This document shows, piece after piece, positions 1 through 10,466 of a DNA stretch of 64,000 nucleotides (positions within the stretch are counted from its first letter, which is position 1; every line of letters begins with the position of its first letter). The position numbers and the translations under genes are program-made. The stretch comes from a virus. The stretch spans positions 19,406-83,405 of the IMG/VR virus record IMGVR_UViG_3300044617_002200; one strand, given 5' to 3'. A model generated the notes under the pieces. That model was not told the DNA's origin. It made no database searches and saw only the letters and a list, made by a program, of their open reading frames with translations.

Positions 1-3000
1 TCTATTTGACCGATAGAGTTTTTATAAATTTTACTGAAAATTGAGTTAAAAACAGAGCTATCTATTTGACCAGTAGCTTGTCCCATTTGTAAAGCGGCGA
101 TCTCTTTGGGATTGAATTGTTTTAAAGCATCAACAAAAGATCTATACTCTTGTCTAACATCATCTGGTAAAATAGCTCTTCCAGTATTCTGTCTAGAAAT
201 AGCATCATCCCGCAAGGCTTTTTCAAATTCTTTTATTTTATTTGAAATATCTTGAGTCAATCCCGCCATGGCTTTTTGGTAAGAATCAGATTGTGGATCT
301 ACCTCATATAGGCCTCCCGATAATGTTTGCAATGTCTTTATAAGAGATAAATAATTTCTTCCCAAATCAGGAATATCTGCAACTCTAGCATTTACAGATT
401 CTTTATTGTTATATCTAAAAGCACTTTTAGATTCTATGCCTTTGATTTCATTTACAAATGAATCTAAAGATTTTAAAGGGGTTATTTCATTACCAAATTC
501 GTCTTTTTGAGGAGATAAAAAACTTTCAGCACCTCCAAAAATACCAGTCGCCGATTGAAGTGTTTTTAAAACTAAATTTTGAGTAGCTCTATCAGCTAAA
601 CTTTTGTTAGCAAGTTTTTCTTGTTGGTTAATGCTGATTAATTCATTATTTGTTTTTTCAGCCAATATTTCAATATTTGTTAAAATTGAGTTTACATTTT
701 CTACACCAGCAGAAATCAAATAAGTTTTTAAACCTCTAAGTAAATTTTGAGTATCTATTTGTTCTCCTAAAGCTTTTCCAAGCAAAGTGTTAGAATTTTT
801 AAAACTTGATTCTAATTTCAAGTTCTGACTTTCTAACTGAAGACGGTTAGTACTAATTTGTTTGGGAGATAAATTTTCACCCGAAGCCTGGTCTATTATT
901 TTTTTTCTAACATCTTCAAAAGCAGACCCTAATAAAGTTGAGACTTGATTTTGAAAATCAAGATTTCTATTTTGAATAGAATTAATTCTATCATTGCTAT
1001 TTTTTAATATATCTTCCGCAATCTGGTATTGAGTTGCAATTCTAGAACCCTCGCCAGTTATTTGAGAAGCAGCCTCTCTTTTATTAGAAAAATTCTGTTC
1101 AATTATTCTATTTTGACTAAATTGTTGTAAAGCTAATTTAGATTGTTCTATACTAGAAATATAAGCTTGTGTTATTTCAATATTTTTTCGAATAGAATCT
1201 TTTGTTTTTTCTAATAATTGATTTTCAAAAGCCCTGCTCTTAGATAAATTTCGAATAGAATCATCATAATTTTTTTGAGCTGTAATAGAATCTTCAAAAG
1301 ATTTTTTAGAATTATCTAATCCAGCAGCAAAAGTTTTTACGATTACAGATAAAGAGTCGAAAGGTATTGTTGCTAATTCGTTTTTTAAACTTCTAACTTC
1401 TTCTGTGTCTGGCAATCCAGAAGCAAAAGCTTCCGCGAAATCTTGCGATGAATTAATATTCGAACTAAATCCTTGCCCACCACCAACAGCGTTAATCTTA
1501 CCAAGACCAGACCTCTCATCTAATCCTTGAAAAAATATTGATTGCAATGTTTTATTTAATTTTTCTAATTCTTTAGAATCATTTTCTAATAATCCTGATC
1601 CGAATAAACCGCCACTCACATTTCTAATATTAGCGTTTGATCTCTCCTGCCCAAGTATTTTTCCTACATCCTGTAAATTAGAAGTAAATTCAGTTACAAC
1701 TTGTTTATTTTGAAGTATTTTAGCTATTTTTTCTCTAGCTTCAGATAAACTTTTGGAACTTAGAATTGATTTTTTTTCTTCTTCTGAAACACCATTCAAA
1801 GATTCATTTAAAGCTTTTCTAGCTTTATTTACAGTATCTAAATCAGCGCCATCTTCAAGAAGTTTTTGGTAATTTTCAGATGCAGTTAAAAATTTAGAAG
1901 AACTGTCGGAAAAATTCTGAAGACTTTCTCTTGATTTTTCTGCTGCTGAAGAGAGTTCTGGAAAATTAGAATTTAATTCATCTAATAATGGGCCTAGCGA
2001 TAATAAACCACCAGCCACACCGCCTACAGCGGCTCCGATAGGTCCTCCTACTAAAAATCCCGCTCCTGCAAAAGATGCGGTTTGCCCGAGAGCACTTACA
2101 GCTGCACCAGTTCTTCTATCTTCTGGATTATTTCTACCTATAGAATTAGCAATTGTTTCAGCTATAATAGGAGCTGAAGTTAAACCTAATGCGCCACCAG
2201 AAGACAAGCCAGCTTTAATTCCAGCTCCAGAAAAAATTCTTTTAAAAGTCCCTGCCACACCGGAAGACCCGGCTATTTTTTCTAACTTCCCTAAAGAAGT
2301 TTCTGATTTAGATATTTGAGCTTCAAGTTTTCTGAATTGTTTACTATTCTTATCTAGAGAGGATAACTCTTCTTTTCTTATCGAAATAGAAGACCTTATT
2401 TTGTCGATTTCAGAATTAAACTCAGAATTAAAACTTCTAAATCCAATCGAAAGTAAAGCTAACTGAGTTAAAACAGCACCTATAGATCCAAAATCAGCCT
2501 GCTCTGCAAAGTTAGGAATATATCCAGTAGACTTGCTTTTTACAGCTTTATTTTCTTTTGATTTAGTCCCCTCGTCTCTACTATTAAAAACGCCCAAACC
2601 AAAAGGGTTAGATTTTGATACTAAATCTTTATTATTAGCTACATAAATTTTATTATTTGGTAATCCTGACTCATTAGTCTCTCTAATTATAGCATCTTTT
2701 AAGGCATTTGAAAAATTTGGAATAAAACCTTTAGAGCGCGACTTCATTTTTGGAACTCTAAAAATATTCTCTTTCAATCCTTTGCGTATAACATCAGGAG
2801 CTAAAGACTCGGAAATTTTTGCTTCATAGTCCCCAGGTGTATTATTAAATAATGACCTTAATTCTTGGTTTGGGTTAATAAAATCTATAACAGCACTAGC
2901 CCCGCCCTCTCTAGATGATTGAGCCATAACGGAATTAGTTCCTTTTGTGACAGCTGTTTCAAATACAGTTCCAGCTATACTAGGAAGCGAACCAAGATTT

Positions 3001-5276
3001 GATAATTCCGAAACATCTTTAATTCTTGCTAGCGAAGATTTATTTCCAAAAAAACTTACATAGCGATTTGTATAATCAACAATATAATCGCCAATTCCTC
3101 TAGCAAGATCCTGATCTTCTGGCTCGATAGCTTCTTTTGGATTAAATCCACTTGAATTAAAACGCGCTTTATATATTTGCCCTCTTGCCCCAAATTGCCC
3201 GTCTTTATCTTTCCAAGAAGCCTCTATTTTCTTATAAGAATTCGTTTGTTTACCATAGATTAGACTTAATCTATCTGTAGAGCCCAAGTCGATTGGAGGC
3301 GAGGCAACTTTATTATCCTGAGTTTTACCAATTTGATATTTTAACTGACTTAATCTTTGTTTTTCTTGATCAGTGAGGGTTTTCTTTCTTTCTAAATTAT
3401 AAAGTTCAGTTTTTGGATTTACAGCAAAATTAGGTATATAACCCAAAGCCATTGAGAGTCCCTTTTGCATTTCGCGAGTAAGAATTGCCGTTTCTTTGCT
3501 TCCTCCAAAATTTTCTACAAGCCTCTCTCCTGTATTTATTACAGTTGGTTCTCCATTTATATTGAATGGGCCAATTGGTTTATCACTAGGCTTTGCGCCC
3601 CCAACTCTTTTCTGTATATCTTTTTGTTCTTTTTTAAAAGCAGGTATATAACCATCCGCCCTAGTTTTAGGAGTCGGTGCGTTAGGAATTCCCTCTGAAA
3701 CTCTTACGCCTCTATTAAATAATTGAGAAGCAATTTTAGCCGTTAATATATCCTGTTTTTGTAATTCAGTTGTTTGTGCTCTTAAACTAGCCAATAGTTG
3801 TTCAGTTGCCTTAGCTACACCCTGAGTACCTTGCTGCATTAACTGAAGCAACTGTGGATTTTGACTAAGAATACTCGTTATACTTTTTTGTAAATCAGCT
3901 TGTTGTTTCGCAGCATTATTTAGACCCAGAAGTTCCTTAGAACTGCCTATTGCAAATTTAGAAAAATCCTTAAATAATTTAGCAAGAACACCTCCTATTA
4001 AAGCAATTCCTGGACCAGCTAATATTTTACCTATACCGTCTAAAATACCAGTACCTAGTTTAGCGCCGAATCCTTCACTATCTACATTGTTTAAATTTTC
4101 TAATATCAAATTACCCCCGCCTACCACTCTTTCAAACGATGGTCCAATTACTCTTTCCCCTGCTGCAGCAGCTAATTGCACAGCATTCTCTCTTAAAGCA
4201 TTCAATTGAGCTGCGTAGGTTTTATTTAATTCTTCATTTCTTCTTATAGCTTGATCAGTTGTCGATTCAGCAACTTTTAAAGCATTATTATATATAGAAA
4301 ATTCTTTACCTAAATCTGCAAGAGCAGACTTCAAAATATTTATTTGGAACACTCCGCCAACTTTTTCAGCAACTTCCGCCTGCTGAAGCGTACCTAACTT
4401 ATCATAAACCGACCCTAAGTCTTGGAGTAATGCTATTGTTGATTTCAATTGACCTGTTCCATCTGTAGTCGAAATCCCCAATCCTTCTAAAAGGTCTACT
4501 ACTTTTGTTCTTTGTAATCTTGTAAAAATAGTTTTAAAGGAGTTACCAATAACAGCTCCACCTCTAGCCGTAGTTTGTTGAGCGGCTGTAACAATTGCGA
4601 TTAATTCATTTAAACTAACTCCTGATTGAGCAGCGCTGCTACCTACACGGCTAATAGCGTCAGCTAAATCAGCTGAACTCACCGCGAAAGCTGCGTCAAC
4701 ATTTGCGAATTTATTGACTATTTCAGTTGCAGTTACGGCTTCTGAGGCGAAAGAATTTACTGCTGCTGTTAAAGCCTCGACGCTTTTAGCAGCATCTAGA
4801 CCGCTCAATCTAGACAATATTAAAGCTTCATTTGTTCTTTTTAAAGTTTCTGATATCCCTAAACCCTGTCTTGAAAATTCCGTAGCAGCTTTTGCTACAG
4901 CTTCAAAAGATTGACCCGTATTTTTAGCAATATTAAATAAATCTGCTCCAAATTTATTTAATTCAGTAGATGATGCATTTAAAATTACATTTATATCTTG
5001 TAAAGATTTTTGAACTTCAATAGTAGATGAGACTAAAGATTGAAAAGCTTTCTCAATACCAAAAATAATACCCGCACTTGCGCCGAAGGCTATAACTCTT
5101 GCGTTAGAAGCATCTAATGATTTGTTAAATTCATTAATTTTTCCAGTTATACGACCCAAAGGCTGCTCGCCTTTAGTTTTTAAGTCAATTTCAAAAACCT
5201 TATTAACGCTTTTTCGTATATCACGATCTAAGCGTTTTGTATTCCCACCAATATCTAAATCAATTGAAGCTGGCAT
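1..5276 (-). CDS. Tail tape measure protein (TP901-like core), 3' end runs off the window
   Basis: Missing from the ORF track because it is truncated. Read by eye from ATG at 5276: MPASIDLDIGG...SLDASNARVIAFGASAGII...GQSFEAVAKAATEFSRQG...FAVSSADLADAISRVGSSAAQSGVSLNELIAIVTAAQQTTARGGAVIGNSFKTIFTRL, with recurring G(Y/F)IPNF motifs; lies downstream of tail tube and chaperone genes. Confidence 0.9.
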   Translation of the reverse strand, partial: MPASIDLDIGGNTKRLDRDIRKSVNKVFEIDLKTKGEQPLGRITGKINEFNKSLDASNARVIAFGASAGIIFGIEKAFQSLVSSTIEVQKSLQDINVILNASSTELNKFGADLFNIAKNTGQSFEAVAKAATEFSRQGLGISETLKRTNEALILSRLSGLDAAKSVEALTAAVNSFASEAVTATEIVNKFANVDAAFAVSSADLADAISRVGSSAAQSGVSLNELIAIVTAAQQTTARGGAVIGNSFKTIFTRLQRTKVVDLLEGLGISTTDGTGQLKSTIALLQDLGSVYDKLGTLQQAEVAEKVGGVFQINILKSALADLGKEFSIYNNALKVAESTTDQAIRRNEELNKTYAAQLNALRENAVQLAAAAGERVIGPSFERVVGGGNLILENLNNVDSEGFGAKLGTGILDGIGKILAGPGIALIGGVLAKLFKDFSKFAIGSSKELLGLNNAAKQQADLQKSITSILSQNPQLLQLMQQGTQGVAKATEQLLASLRAQTTELQKQDILTAKIASQLFNRGVRVSEGIPNAPTPKTRADGYIPAFKKEQKDIQKRVGGAKPSDKPIGPFNINGEPTVINTGERLVENFGGSKETAILTREMQKGLSMALGYIPNFAVNPKTELYNLERKKTLTDQEKQRLSQLKYQIGKTQDNKVASPPIDLGSTDRLSLIYGKQTNSYKKIEASWKDKDGQFGARGQIYKARFNSSGFNPKEAIEPEDQDLARGIGDYIVDYTNRYVSFFGNKSSLARIKDVSELSNLGSLPSIAGTVFETAVTKGTNSVMAQSSREGGASAVIDFINPNQELRSLFNNTPGDYEAKISESLAPDVIRKGLKENIFRVPKMKSRSKGFIPNFSNALKDAIIRETNESGLPNNKIYVANNKDLVSKSNPFGLGVFNSRDEGTKSKENKAVKSKSTGYIPNFAEQADFGSIGAVLTQLALLSIGFRSFNSEFNSEIDKIRSSISIRKEELSSLDKNSKQFRKLEAQISKSETSLGKLEKIAGSSGVAGTFKRIFSGAGIKAGLSSGGALGLTSAPIIAETIANSIGRNNPEDRRTGAAVSALGQTASFAGAGFLVGGPIGAAVGGVAGGLLSLGPLLDELNSNFPELSSAAEKSRESLQNFSDSSSKFLTASENYQKLLEDGADLDTVNKARKALNESLNGVSEEEKKSILSSKSLSEAREKIAKILQNKQVVTEFTSNLQDVGKILGQERSNANIRNVSGGLFGSGLLENDSKELEKLNKTLQSIFFQGLDERSGLGKINAVGGGQGFSSNINSSQDFAEAFASGLPDTEEVRSLKNELATIPFDSLSVIVKTFAAGLDNSKKSFEDSITAQKNYDDSIRNLSKSRAFENQLLEKTKDSIRKNIEITQAYISSIEQSKLALQQFSQNRIIEQNFSNKREAASQITGEGSRIATQYQIAEDILKNSNDRINSIQNRNLDFQNQVSTLLGSAFEDVRKKIIDQASGENLSPKQISTNRLQLESQNLKLESSFKNSNTLLGKALGEQIDTQNLLRGLKTYLISAGVENVNSILTNIEILAEKTNNELISINQQEKLANKSLADRATQNLVLKTLQSATGIFGGAESFLSPQKDEFGNEITPLKSLDSFVNEIKGIESKSAFRYNNKESVNARVADIPDLGRNYLSLIKTLQTLSGGLYEVDPQSDSYQKAMAGLTQDISNKIKEFEKALRDDAISRQNTGRAILPDDVRQEYRSFVDALKQFNPKEIAALQMGQATGQIDSSVFNSIFSKIYKNSIGQI

Positions 5277-5304
5277 ACCTTTTTCCTATATAATTATTTA
5301 CACT

Positions 5305-6336
5305 TCAATTATTTTCTCGAACATTCAAATAATCAGACTTTTCTATAATCCCGCCGCTTTCCTTAGCCATTTCTAATAAACTTTTACCTTTTATTTTTTC
5401 AACTTTCACACCCATTTCTTTTAAGTCTTGTTGTGAAGCTCCAACGTAACTACCAACAGCATTTTTAGTATTAGTTTTATTAGATTTTTTTATAAATTTA
5501 TTTCCTTTACTAGGGGAGGAATTATAATTATCAAACCATTCTACTAATTTATCAGAATCATTTAAAATATCGTCGCTTATTTGTTTTCCAGTTTCTGACT
5601 GCATTTTGATAAAATTCTTAAACATTTTCCCATACATTAACAAATCTATCTGATATTTTGTACATTTAGAAGCTGCAATACCCCAAAAATTTAAAGCATC
5701 TTCGCTTAAAAACATTAAATTTTGAAAAAACCCACTAGCCCCGACTTTCTTTAAAGATTGGCTATTGAATATATCAGTATAATTAAAATAAGCATTACGT
5801 ATTTCTTCAGCGTCATTATCTGTTAAATCATAATAATCATTTTTATCTTTAAAATATTTATTCGTAAATTTAGAATCTTCAAATGTATATTCTATCAATA
5901 ATTCTTCTGTTAATTTGTTATTTGCATATTCTTCTAAACAAAAACCTATAAGCTCTCTTCTTTGTTTATTATAAGATATTAAAATAGAGTTATTTTTTTC
6001 TATCTGCTCATCTATAGATTTTTTTTGAGAAGGATAAAGAAGTTTATCTTTTGTAATTTTTAAGTTATTAATTGTTTTAATCAATAAATCTATTTTAGAT
6101 TCATACTCTAAACTCCACCAGCTATTTGAAATAGCCTCTTCTATTTTTTCTTTTTCAGAAACTAAGCCCTTTTTAGACCCTTCTTTTAAAAAGAATTCGT
6201 AGTTTGAATAATTCTTAAAATGTTCTGCTACGGTAGGGTGTTTGAAAAAAATTTTATTTTTGTTTTTTAATAAAACACCAGTAAAGCCATCGCATATATT
6301 GCTATACAGTATGCCTAATTCATAGCTTTTATCCAC
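5305..6336 (-). CDS. Hypothetical protein, likely tail assembly chaperone
   Basis: 343 aa helical/charged ORF immediately upstream of the tape measure gene (synteny only). Confidence 0.45.
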   Translation of the reverse strand: MDKSYELGILYSNICDGFTGVLLKNKNKIFFKHPTVAEHFKNYSNYEFFLKEGSKKGLVSEKEKIEEAISNSWWSLEYESKIDLLIKTINNLKITKDKLLYPSQKKSIDEQIEKNNSILISYNKQRRELIGFCLEEYANNKLTEELLIEYTFEDSKFTNKYFKDKNDYYDLTDNDAEEIRNAYFNYTDIFNSQSLKKVGASGFFQNLMFLSEDALNFWGIAASKCTKYQIDLLMYGKMFKNFIKMQSETGKQISDDILNDSDKLVEWFDNYNSSPSKGNKFIKKSNKTNTKNAVGSYVGASQQDLKEMGVKVEKIKGKSLLEMAKESGGIIEKSDYLNVRENN

Positions 6337-6342
6337 ATTTTA

Positions 6343-7152
6343 TCAACTAACTTGTATTTTTTCTATTACATTATCTGCTTCGTTAGGAGGAGTCGGTTGA
6401 CTTGAAGAAGCACTTTCTATGTTTTTATTCTCTTCAGTTTTATCTATGATGTTTTCTTCTTCGTTTTCACTAATATAATTTTTGTCAAATAAAGAGAAAT
6501 CCTCTTTAGTCTCGGCCCTACCCAAAAACCACAAAGTTATTAAATAAGTGAGTCTTCTTATTATTCCTAATAAAAACTCGTTTTTTTCAGAGTCATCTTC
6601 TAACGAATCATATTTTAATAATTTTTCATTAAATTCATTACCTTCGAATAAAGCAACAAAATTTCCGTTTTCATCTTGACGATAAGAAAGGAACATAACC
6701 CACCATAATATGGTTCTATTCCGAGCTTTTGCTTCAGCAGTATTTTCAAAAATTGCTATTTGAGAAGCCTCAAAAGCCTGTATATCTTTTTTTACAGAAT
6801 CAAGTTCTTCTATTAAAGAATCTACCCTGCTTTTTTCGACATCTGTTCTTTCTGATTCGCCCTTTATAAGAATAGATTGTAAATCAAAAGATTTATCTCT
6901 AAACTTTATAAGTAAACTTCCATATAACTCCCTGTCTTGCTCGCTAATGCTACCACCGCCATTTGAAAGAATGGTGTTCCATGCGGCTTTAGGCAAAACT
7001 CCGGCTTTTGCGAATCTAGATGTTTCGGTAGCATAAAACAACTCCCCGTCTTCTCTTAATTTACGATTAGGTTTTAATATAGCGAACTTCTTAGCACCGC
7101 CGCTATTTTTTGTTTCAAACTCATACATCCAAGAATTTTTATGTTTTTCCAT
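6343..7152 (-). CDS. Hypothetical protein, likely tail assembly chaperone
   Basis: 269 aa ORF between tail tube and tape measure. Confidence 0.45.
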   Translation of the reverse strand: MEKHKNSWMYEFETKNSGGAKKFAILKPNRKLREDGELFYATETSRFAKAGVLPKAAWNTILSNGGGSISEQDRELYGSLLIKFRDKSFDLQSILIKGESERTDVEKSRVDSLIEELDSVKKDIQAFEASQIAIFENTAEAKARNRTILWWVMFLSYRQDENGNFVALFEGNEFNEKLLKYDSLEDDSEKNEFLLGIIRRLTYLITLWFLGRAETKEDFSLFDKNYISENEEENIIDKTEENKNIESASSSQPTPPNEADNVIEKIQVS

Positions 7153-7161
7153 ATAAGAATA

Positions 7162-7386
7162 TTATTTGTCTTTTAATATAAAATCAAAAGAATTTACTTG
7201 TTCCTCTATATTTCTAGAGCAATCATTACCATAATCTAAGACCCGCTTTCTTAATTTAGAAAACTCTTCTTCAGAAATTTTTTTATCGTTTCTTAAATCT
7301 TCTAAAATATAGAGAAAACCCAAATAAAGTTTTTTTACGTCTCTATATATGAAAGTCCTTATAAGATTATTTAAATCTATGTTCAT
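7162..7386 (-). CDS. Hypothetical protein
   Basis: 74 aa ORF preceded by a GTGTAAATA motif at about 7415-7423. Confidence 0.6.
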   Translation of the reverse strand: MNIDLNNLIRTFIYRDVKKLYLGFLYILEDLRNDKKISEEEFSKLRKRVLDYGNDCSRNIEEQVNSFDFILKDK

Positions 7387-7427
7387 TTTCCTTTTAAAAA
7401 CCTTTACCTTTATTTATTTACACATCT

Positions 7428-7463
7428 AAAAAAAAACGACCACTTATATTTAAGTGGTCGTTT
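7428..7463 (-). terminator. Rho-independent terminator after the tail tube gene
   Basis: aaacgaccactta-tatt-taagtggtcgttt hairpin with an A-run on the left (U-tract on the minus strand). Confidence 0.8.
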
Positions 7464-7481
7464 ATATAATTTATTATTATT

Positions 7482-8561
7482 TTATAATACGCTTCCAGAA
7501 ATAAAGACGCCTCTAGCAGTATCTTGAGGACCACCGATTTGGACTTCGTAAGTTGCACTCATTGTTGCGTTACTTCCGATTGCTGAACTAAAATTCTGAG
7601 AAACAAGTTTTGCTTGTTTGAAAAGATAAGCTAAAGAAGCATCGCCTGTTCCATTACAGTTCGGTTTCTTTAGAATTATGTTAAAATCATAATTTGGATT
7701 CGAGCATAATAAATCGGCCAAATTAGCATTATCTAAATCTCCTACTTCGGCATTAACTTCTAAAGTAGCAGTAACAGGAAAATCTATTTCTCTAGAGAAA
7801 GCGAATCTACTACCTAATTTTTGCAGAGGAGTACGACTTAATTCGAAAGATAAAGTAAAATCTTGAACTTTTAAATTTGTTTCATCATAACCAAATGCAC
7901 TATTATTGGGCAGGCTGAAAACAATATCTCCAGGTTGAAGCGCTGTAGCTTGAGATGCATTGTCATCTTCTTTTGCCGATGGTAAAGAAAAGAAAACGTT
8001 ATTTAATGGTTGTCCAGTAGCAGGATCAACAGCAGGACTTGCGCCACTTTCCCCAATAGAAGAATAAACTCTAATATTTAAGCCTTCTATATCAACACTC
8101 GCTGTAGGTATATCTCCAACTGCAGCAGTAACGCTATAAGAAGTTAAGAAACCATTTCCAATAGCGATAACACCAGTATTGGGTAAGTTATAACCATTCG
8201 CATCATTTCCTTCGTCAGCAATTAAAAGATAATAATTTTTTTCATCAGTTGCTTTTTGTAAAAGTTGCGAAATACAAGACTGTACGCCACTTGTATTCAA
8301 GCCCAAATACTTTTCGTTACTTCCATCTGTAACATAATACGATAAACTAGCATTAACAGTTGGCGCTTCAGTTTCGATACGGTCAATAGCAGCAAGATTA
8401 CCGAACTGATTTACGTCTGTAAAATTACGACTAAAGTCTTCATCGAAAGATTGAACTCTAGTCAATTGTTTAATTGATCCGTCAATAGTTTGATCTATTT
8501 CAGGCTTGACTTGACTAGCATAGACAGCCAAAACGTTATATATAACTCTATTTCTGCTCAT
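7482..8561 (-). CDS. Major tail (tube) protein
   Basis: 359 aa beta-rich protein (RVQSFDEDFSRNFTDVNQFG, VQDFTLSFELSRTPLQKLG, REIDFPVTATLEV), own terminator, canonical position. Confidence 0.7.
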   Translation of the reverse strand: MSRNRVIYNVLAVYASQVKPEIDQTIDGSIKQLTRVQSFDEDFSRNFTDVNQFGNLAAIDRIETEAPTVNASLSYYVTDGSNEKYLGLNTSGVQSCISQLLQKATDEKNYYLLIADEGNDANGYNLPNTGVIAIGNGFLTSYSVTAAVGDIPTASVDIEGLNIRVYSSIGESGASPAVDPATGQPLNNVFFSLPSAKEDDNASQATALQPGDIVFSLPNNSAFGYDETNLKVQDFTLSFELSRTPLQKLGSRFAFSREIDFPVTATLEVNAEVGDLDNANLADLLCSNPNYDFNIILKKPNCNGTGDASLAYLFKQAKLVSQNFSSAIGSNATMSATYEVQIGGPQDTARGVFISGSVL

Positions 8562-8610
8562 AACAATAATTACATTATATTTAGATTGCCGACACTTAAT
8601 TTATAAAAAA

Positions 8611-9456
8611 TTATTTTCTAGGACTTCTCACAGAGGATAATTCAAAATCTACTAATGCAGCAAGACACTTTTTATTAATTTTAGAATTTTCAACTTCACT
8701 TAATTTCGAAACAGTAACGTTTTTAATAAAACTATAATCCTGAACAGAAACAAAAGATGCGTAATTTTTATAATTAAAATTAATACCACTTTTTATATCA
8801 CCATAAATATCAAAAGGCAATTCCTTGGAATCAAATATTGGTATGTTCTTCTTATTAGAATCATTAAGTAATGATAGCAAAGAATCTAAAGAAAAGCTAT
8901 TAGAAGCAAGAATTATACATCTAACCATCGACTCTGTAGAATCTTGTCCTCCGAAAGAAAAAGGATAATTTTGTATATTTGTATTTTTAATGAAAATACA
9001 AGGAAAAGGGCGATCTAAATAATTTAAAGACCCAGTAATTGCATTTATTTTTGGAGTTACAGAATAAGCGTTTTCAAAAATAAGTTTTTCTTCTTTTTCG
9101 TCTGTATAATATATATTATATTCTTTTAAAGCATAAGACGAAGTTATATTTTTCCCAATATTTTTAGAAACATAAATAGCTCGGCCTCTATTATAATCAA
9201 TTTTTAAGCCATTATTTTTTGGTTCGTATACGCCATTATTAAAAACCCCAGAAATAATATTCGCACCTGTTATACTAGTATCATAAACCCATTGGCGAAA
9301 AGGAGACCCATAAATAGAGCTTAATGCAAAATTTGGGTCAGCTGTTTCAAAAAGTTTACCACTATAGTTAGTATAAGCTTCTCCATGATATAAAATTTCA
9401 TGATCTAACCACAAATAGAAACTAGACATTAAATTATTTAAATAAGAATTTTTCAT
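8611..9456 (-). CDS. Putative tail terminator/completion protein
   Basis: 281 aa; FPCIFI...FSFGG motif; directly upstream of the tail tube gene. Confidence 0.45.
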   Translation of the reverse strand: MKNSYLNNLMSSFYLWLDHEILYHGEAYTNYSGKLFETADPNFALSSIYGSPFRQWVYDTSITGANIISGVFNNGVYEPKNNGLKIDYNRGRAIYVSKNIGKNITSSYALKEYNIYYTDEKEEKLIFENAYSVTPKINAITGSLNYLDRPFPCIFIKNTNIQNYPFSFGGQDSTESMVRCIILASNSFSLDSLLSLLNDSNKKNIPIFDSKELPFDIYGDIKSGINFNYKNYASFVSVQDYSFIKNVTVSKLSEVENSKINKKCLAALVDFELSSVRSPRK

Positions 9457-10031
9457 TTAATTTTTAAGTTATTTATATTTTTTATGAAATCATCATATAA
9501 CGCAGTAAAATAAGGGACTGATTTAAAAACAGCATTTCTAAAATCCGTCGCCTGTATACCGGTACCAGTACGAGAAGATTTGAACTTTCCATATAAATAA
9601 GCGCTCAAACCAGATATATATTTCTCTATATCGAACAACCAACTTCTACCATTCTCCCATGGCATTTTAGTAACTTTTTTAATTTCCGAAATAGAAGGTA
9701 TAAGTATCTTAAATTTATAAGAATCTTGTTTTCTTATAACACTTCCAATTTTTATATTTTTCAATAAACTTTTAACGCCTAATGTTGGATTGTTATCAGT
9801 AAACCCAATAAAAGAAAATAAATTTCCGTATCCACCTAAAGTAGAAGATATATTTTTGGCTAGCGGACCGCCTTCAATTTCTTTAGTTACAGGATGGTTG
9901 TTAAATTTTTTTATAAATATATTTTTTTCTTTTATAACTTCTTGTTCTACTATATTAGTAATTAATTTTTGAACATTTTTGTTAGCAAAAATTTCTTTGT
10001 TAAGTTGTTTTCTGTTTATTCTTGCCGCCAT
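9453..10031 (-). CDS. Putative neck/tail completion protein
   Basis: 192 aa basic protein in the head-tail joining block. Confidence 0.4.
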   Translation of the reverse strand: MAARINRKQLNKEIFANKNVQKLITNIVEQEVIKEKNIFIKKFNNHPVTKEIEGGPLAKNISSTLGGYGNLFSFIGFTDNNPTLGVKSLLKNIKIGSVIRKQDSYKFKILIPSISEIKKVTKMPWENGRSWLFDIEKYISGLSAYLYGKFKSSRTGTGIQATDFRNAVFKSVPYFTALYDDFIKNINNLKIK

Positions 10032-10033
10032 AT

Positions 10034-10465
10034 TTATTCACTTTCTTTAAAGTAAATTATATAAAAATATATATCAAATAACCCAATTGGACGACTAGTA
10101 CCTACTTGCTGAACTACACGCCCATCTATTTCTATTCGCTCAGCGTCTGAAATAAAATCTAGCATTTCTTTTTTTACCTTTACTCTGCAAAAGTTACCTC
10201 GAATTTCTTCTTTTATTTCGGGTATCCCACCTAATTCGGAAGCGTCGCCCCATTTTATTCTACAATCAAAAATTCCAGACACGGGCTGATAACTTACAGA
10301 AACAGAGTCTTGTTCATTATACAAAAAATTATAAGATATATCACTTGAGATAATAGTTCTCTCTGGTGTTTTCCAAACAATTACGGGTCTTGCAAAAGTA
10401 TCATGGATATCATTCATCAATGATGCATATACTAATTTAGAATTTTCATCAACTAAAGAAGGCAT
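10034..10465 (-). CDS. Putative head closure (stopper) protein
   Basis: 143 aa, beta-rich, ERIEIDGR motif, synteny. Confidence 0.45.
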   Translation of the reverse strand: MPSLVDENSKLVYASLMNDIHDTFARPVIVWKTPERTIISSDISYNFLYNEQDSVSVSYQPVSGIFDCRIKWGDASELGGIPEIKEEIRGNFCRVKVKKEMLDFISDAERIEIDGRVVQQVGTSRPIGLFDIYFYIIYFKESE

Positions 10466-10466
10466 A

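Noticed and set aside
3465-5376. Short plus-strand ORFs in the first 5.4 kb
   Set aside because: They are antisense to the tape measure gene, which the ORF track missed because it is truncated
5305-7152. Programmed frameshift between tail chaperone genes
   Set aside because: Both ORFs have their own ATG and stop with a 6-nt gap, and no convincing slippery site was identified
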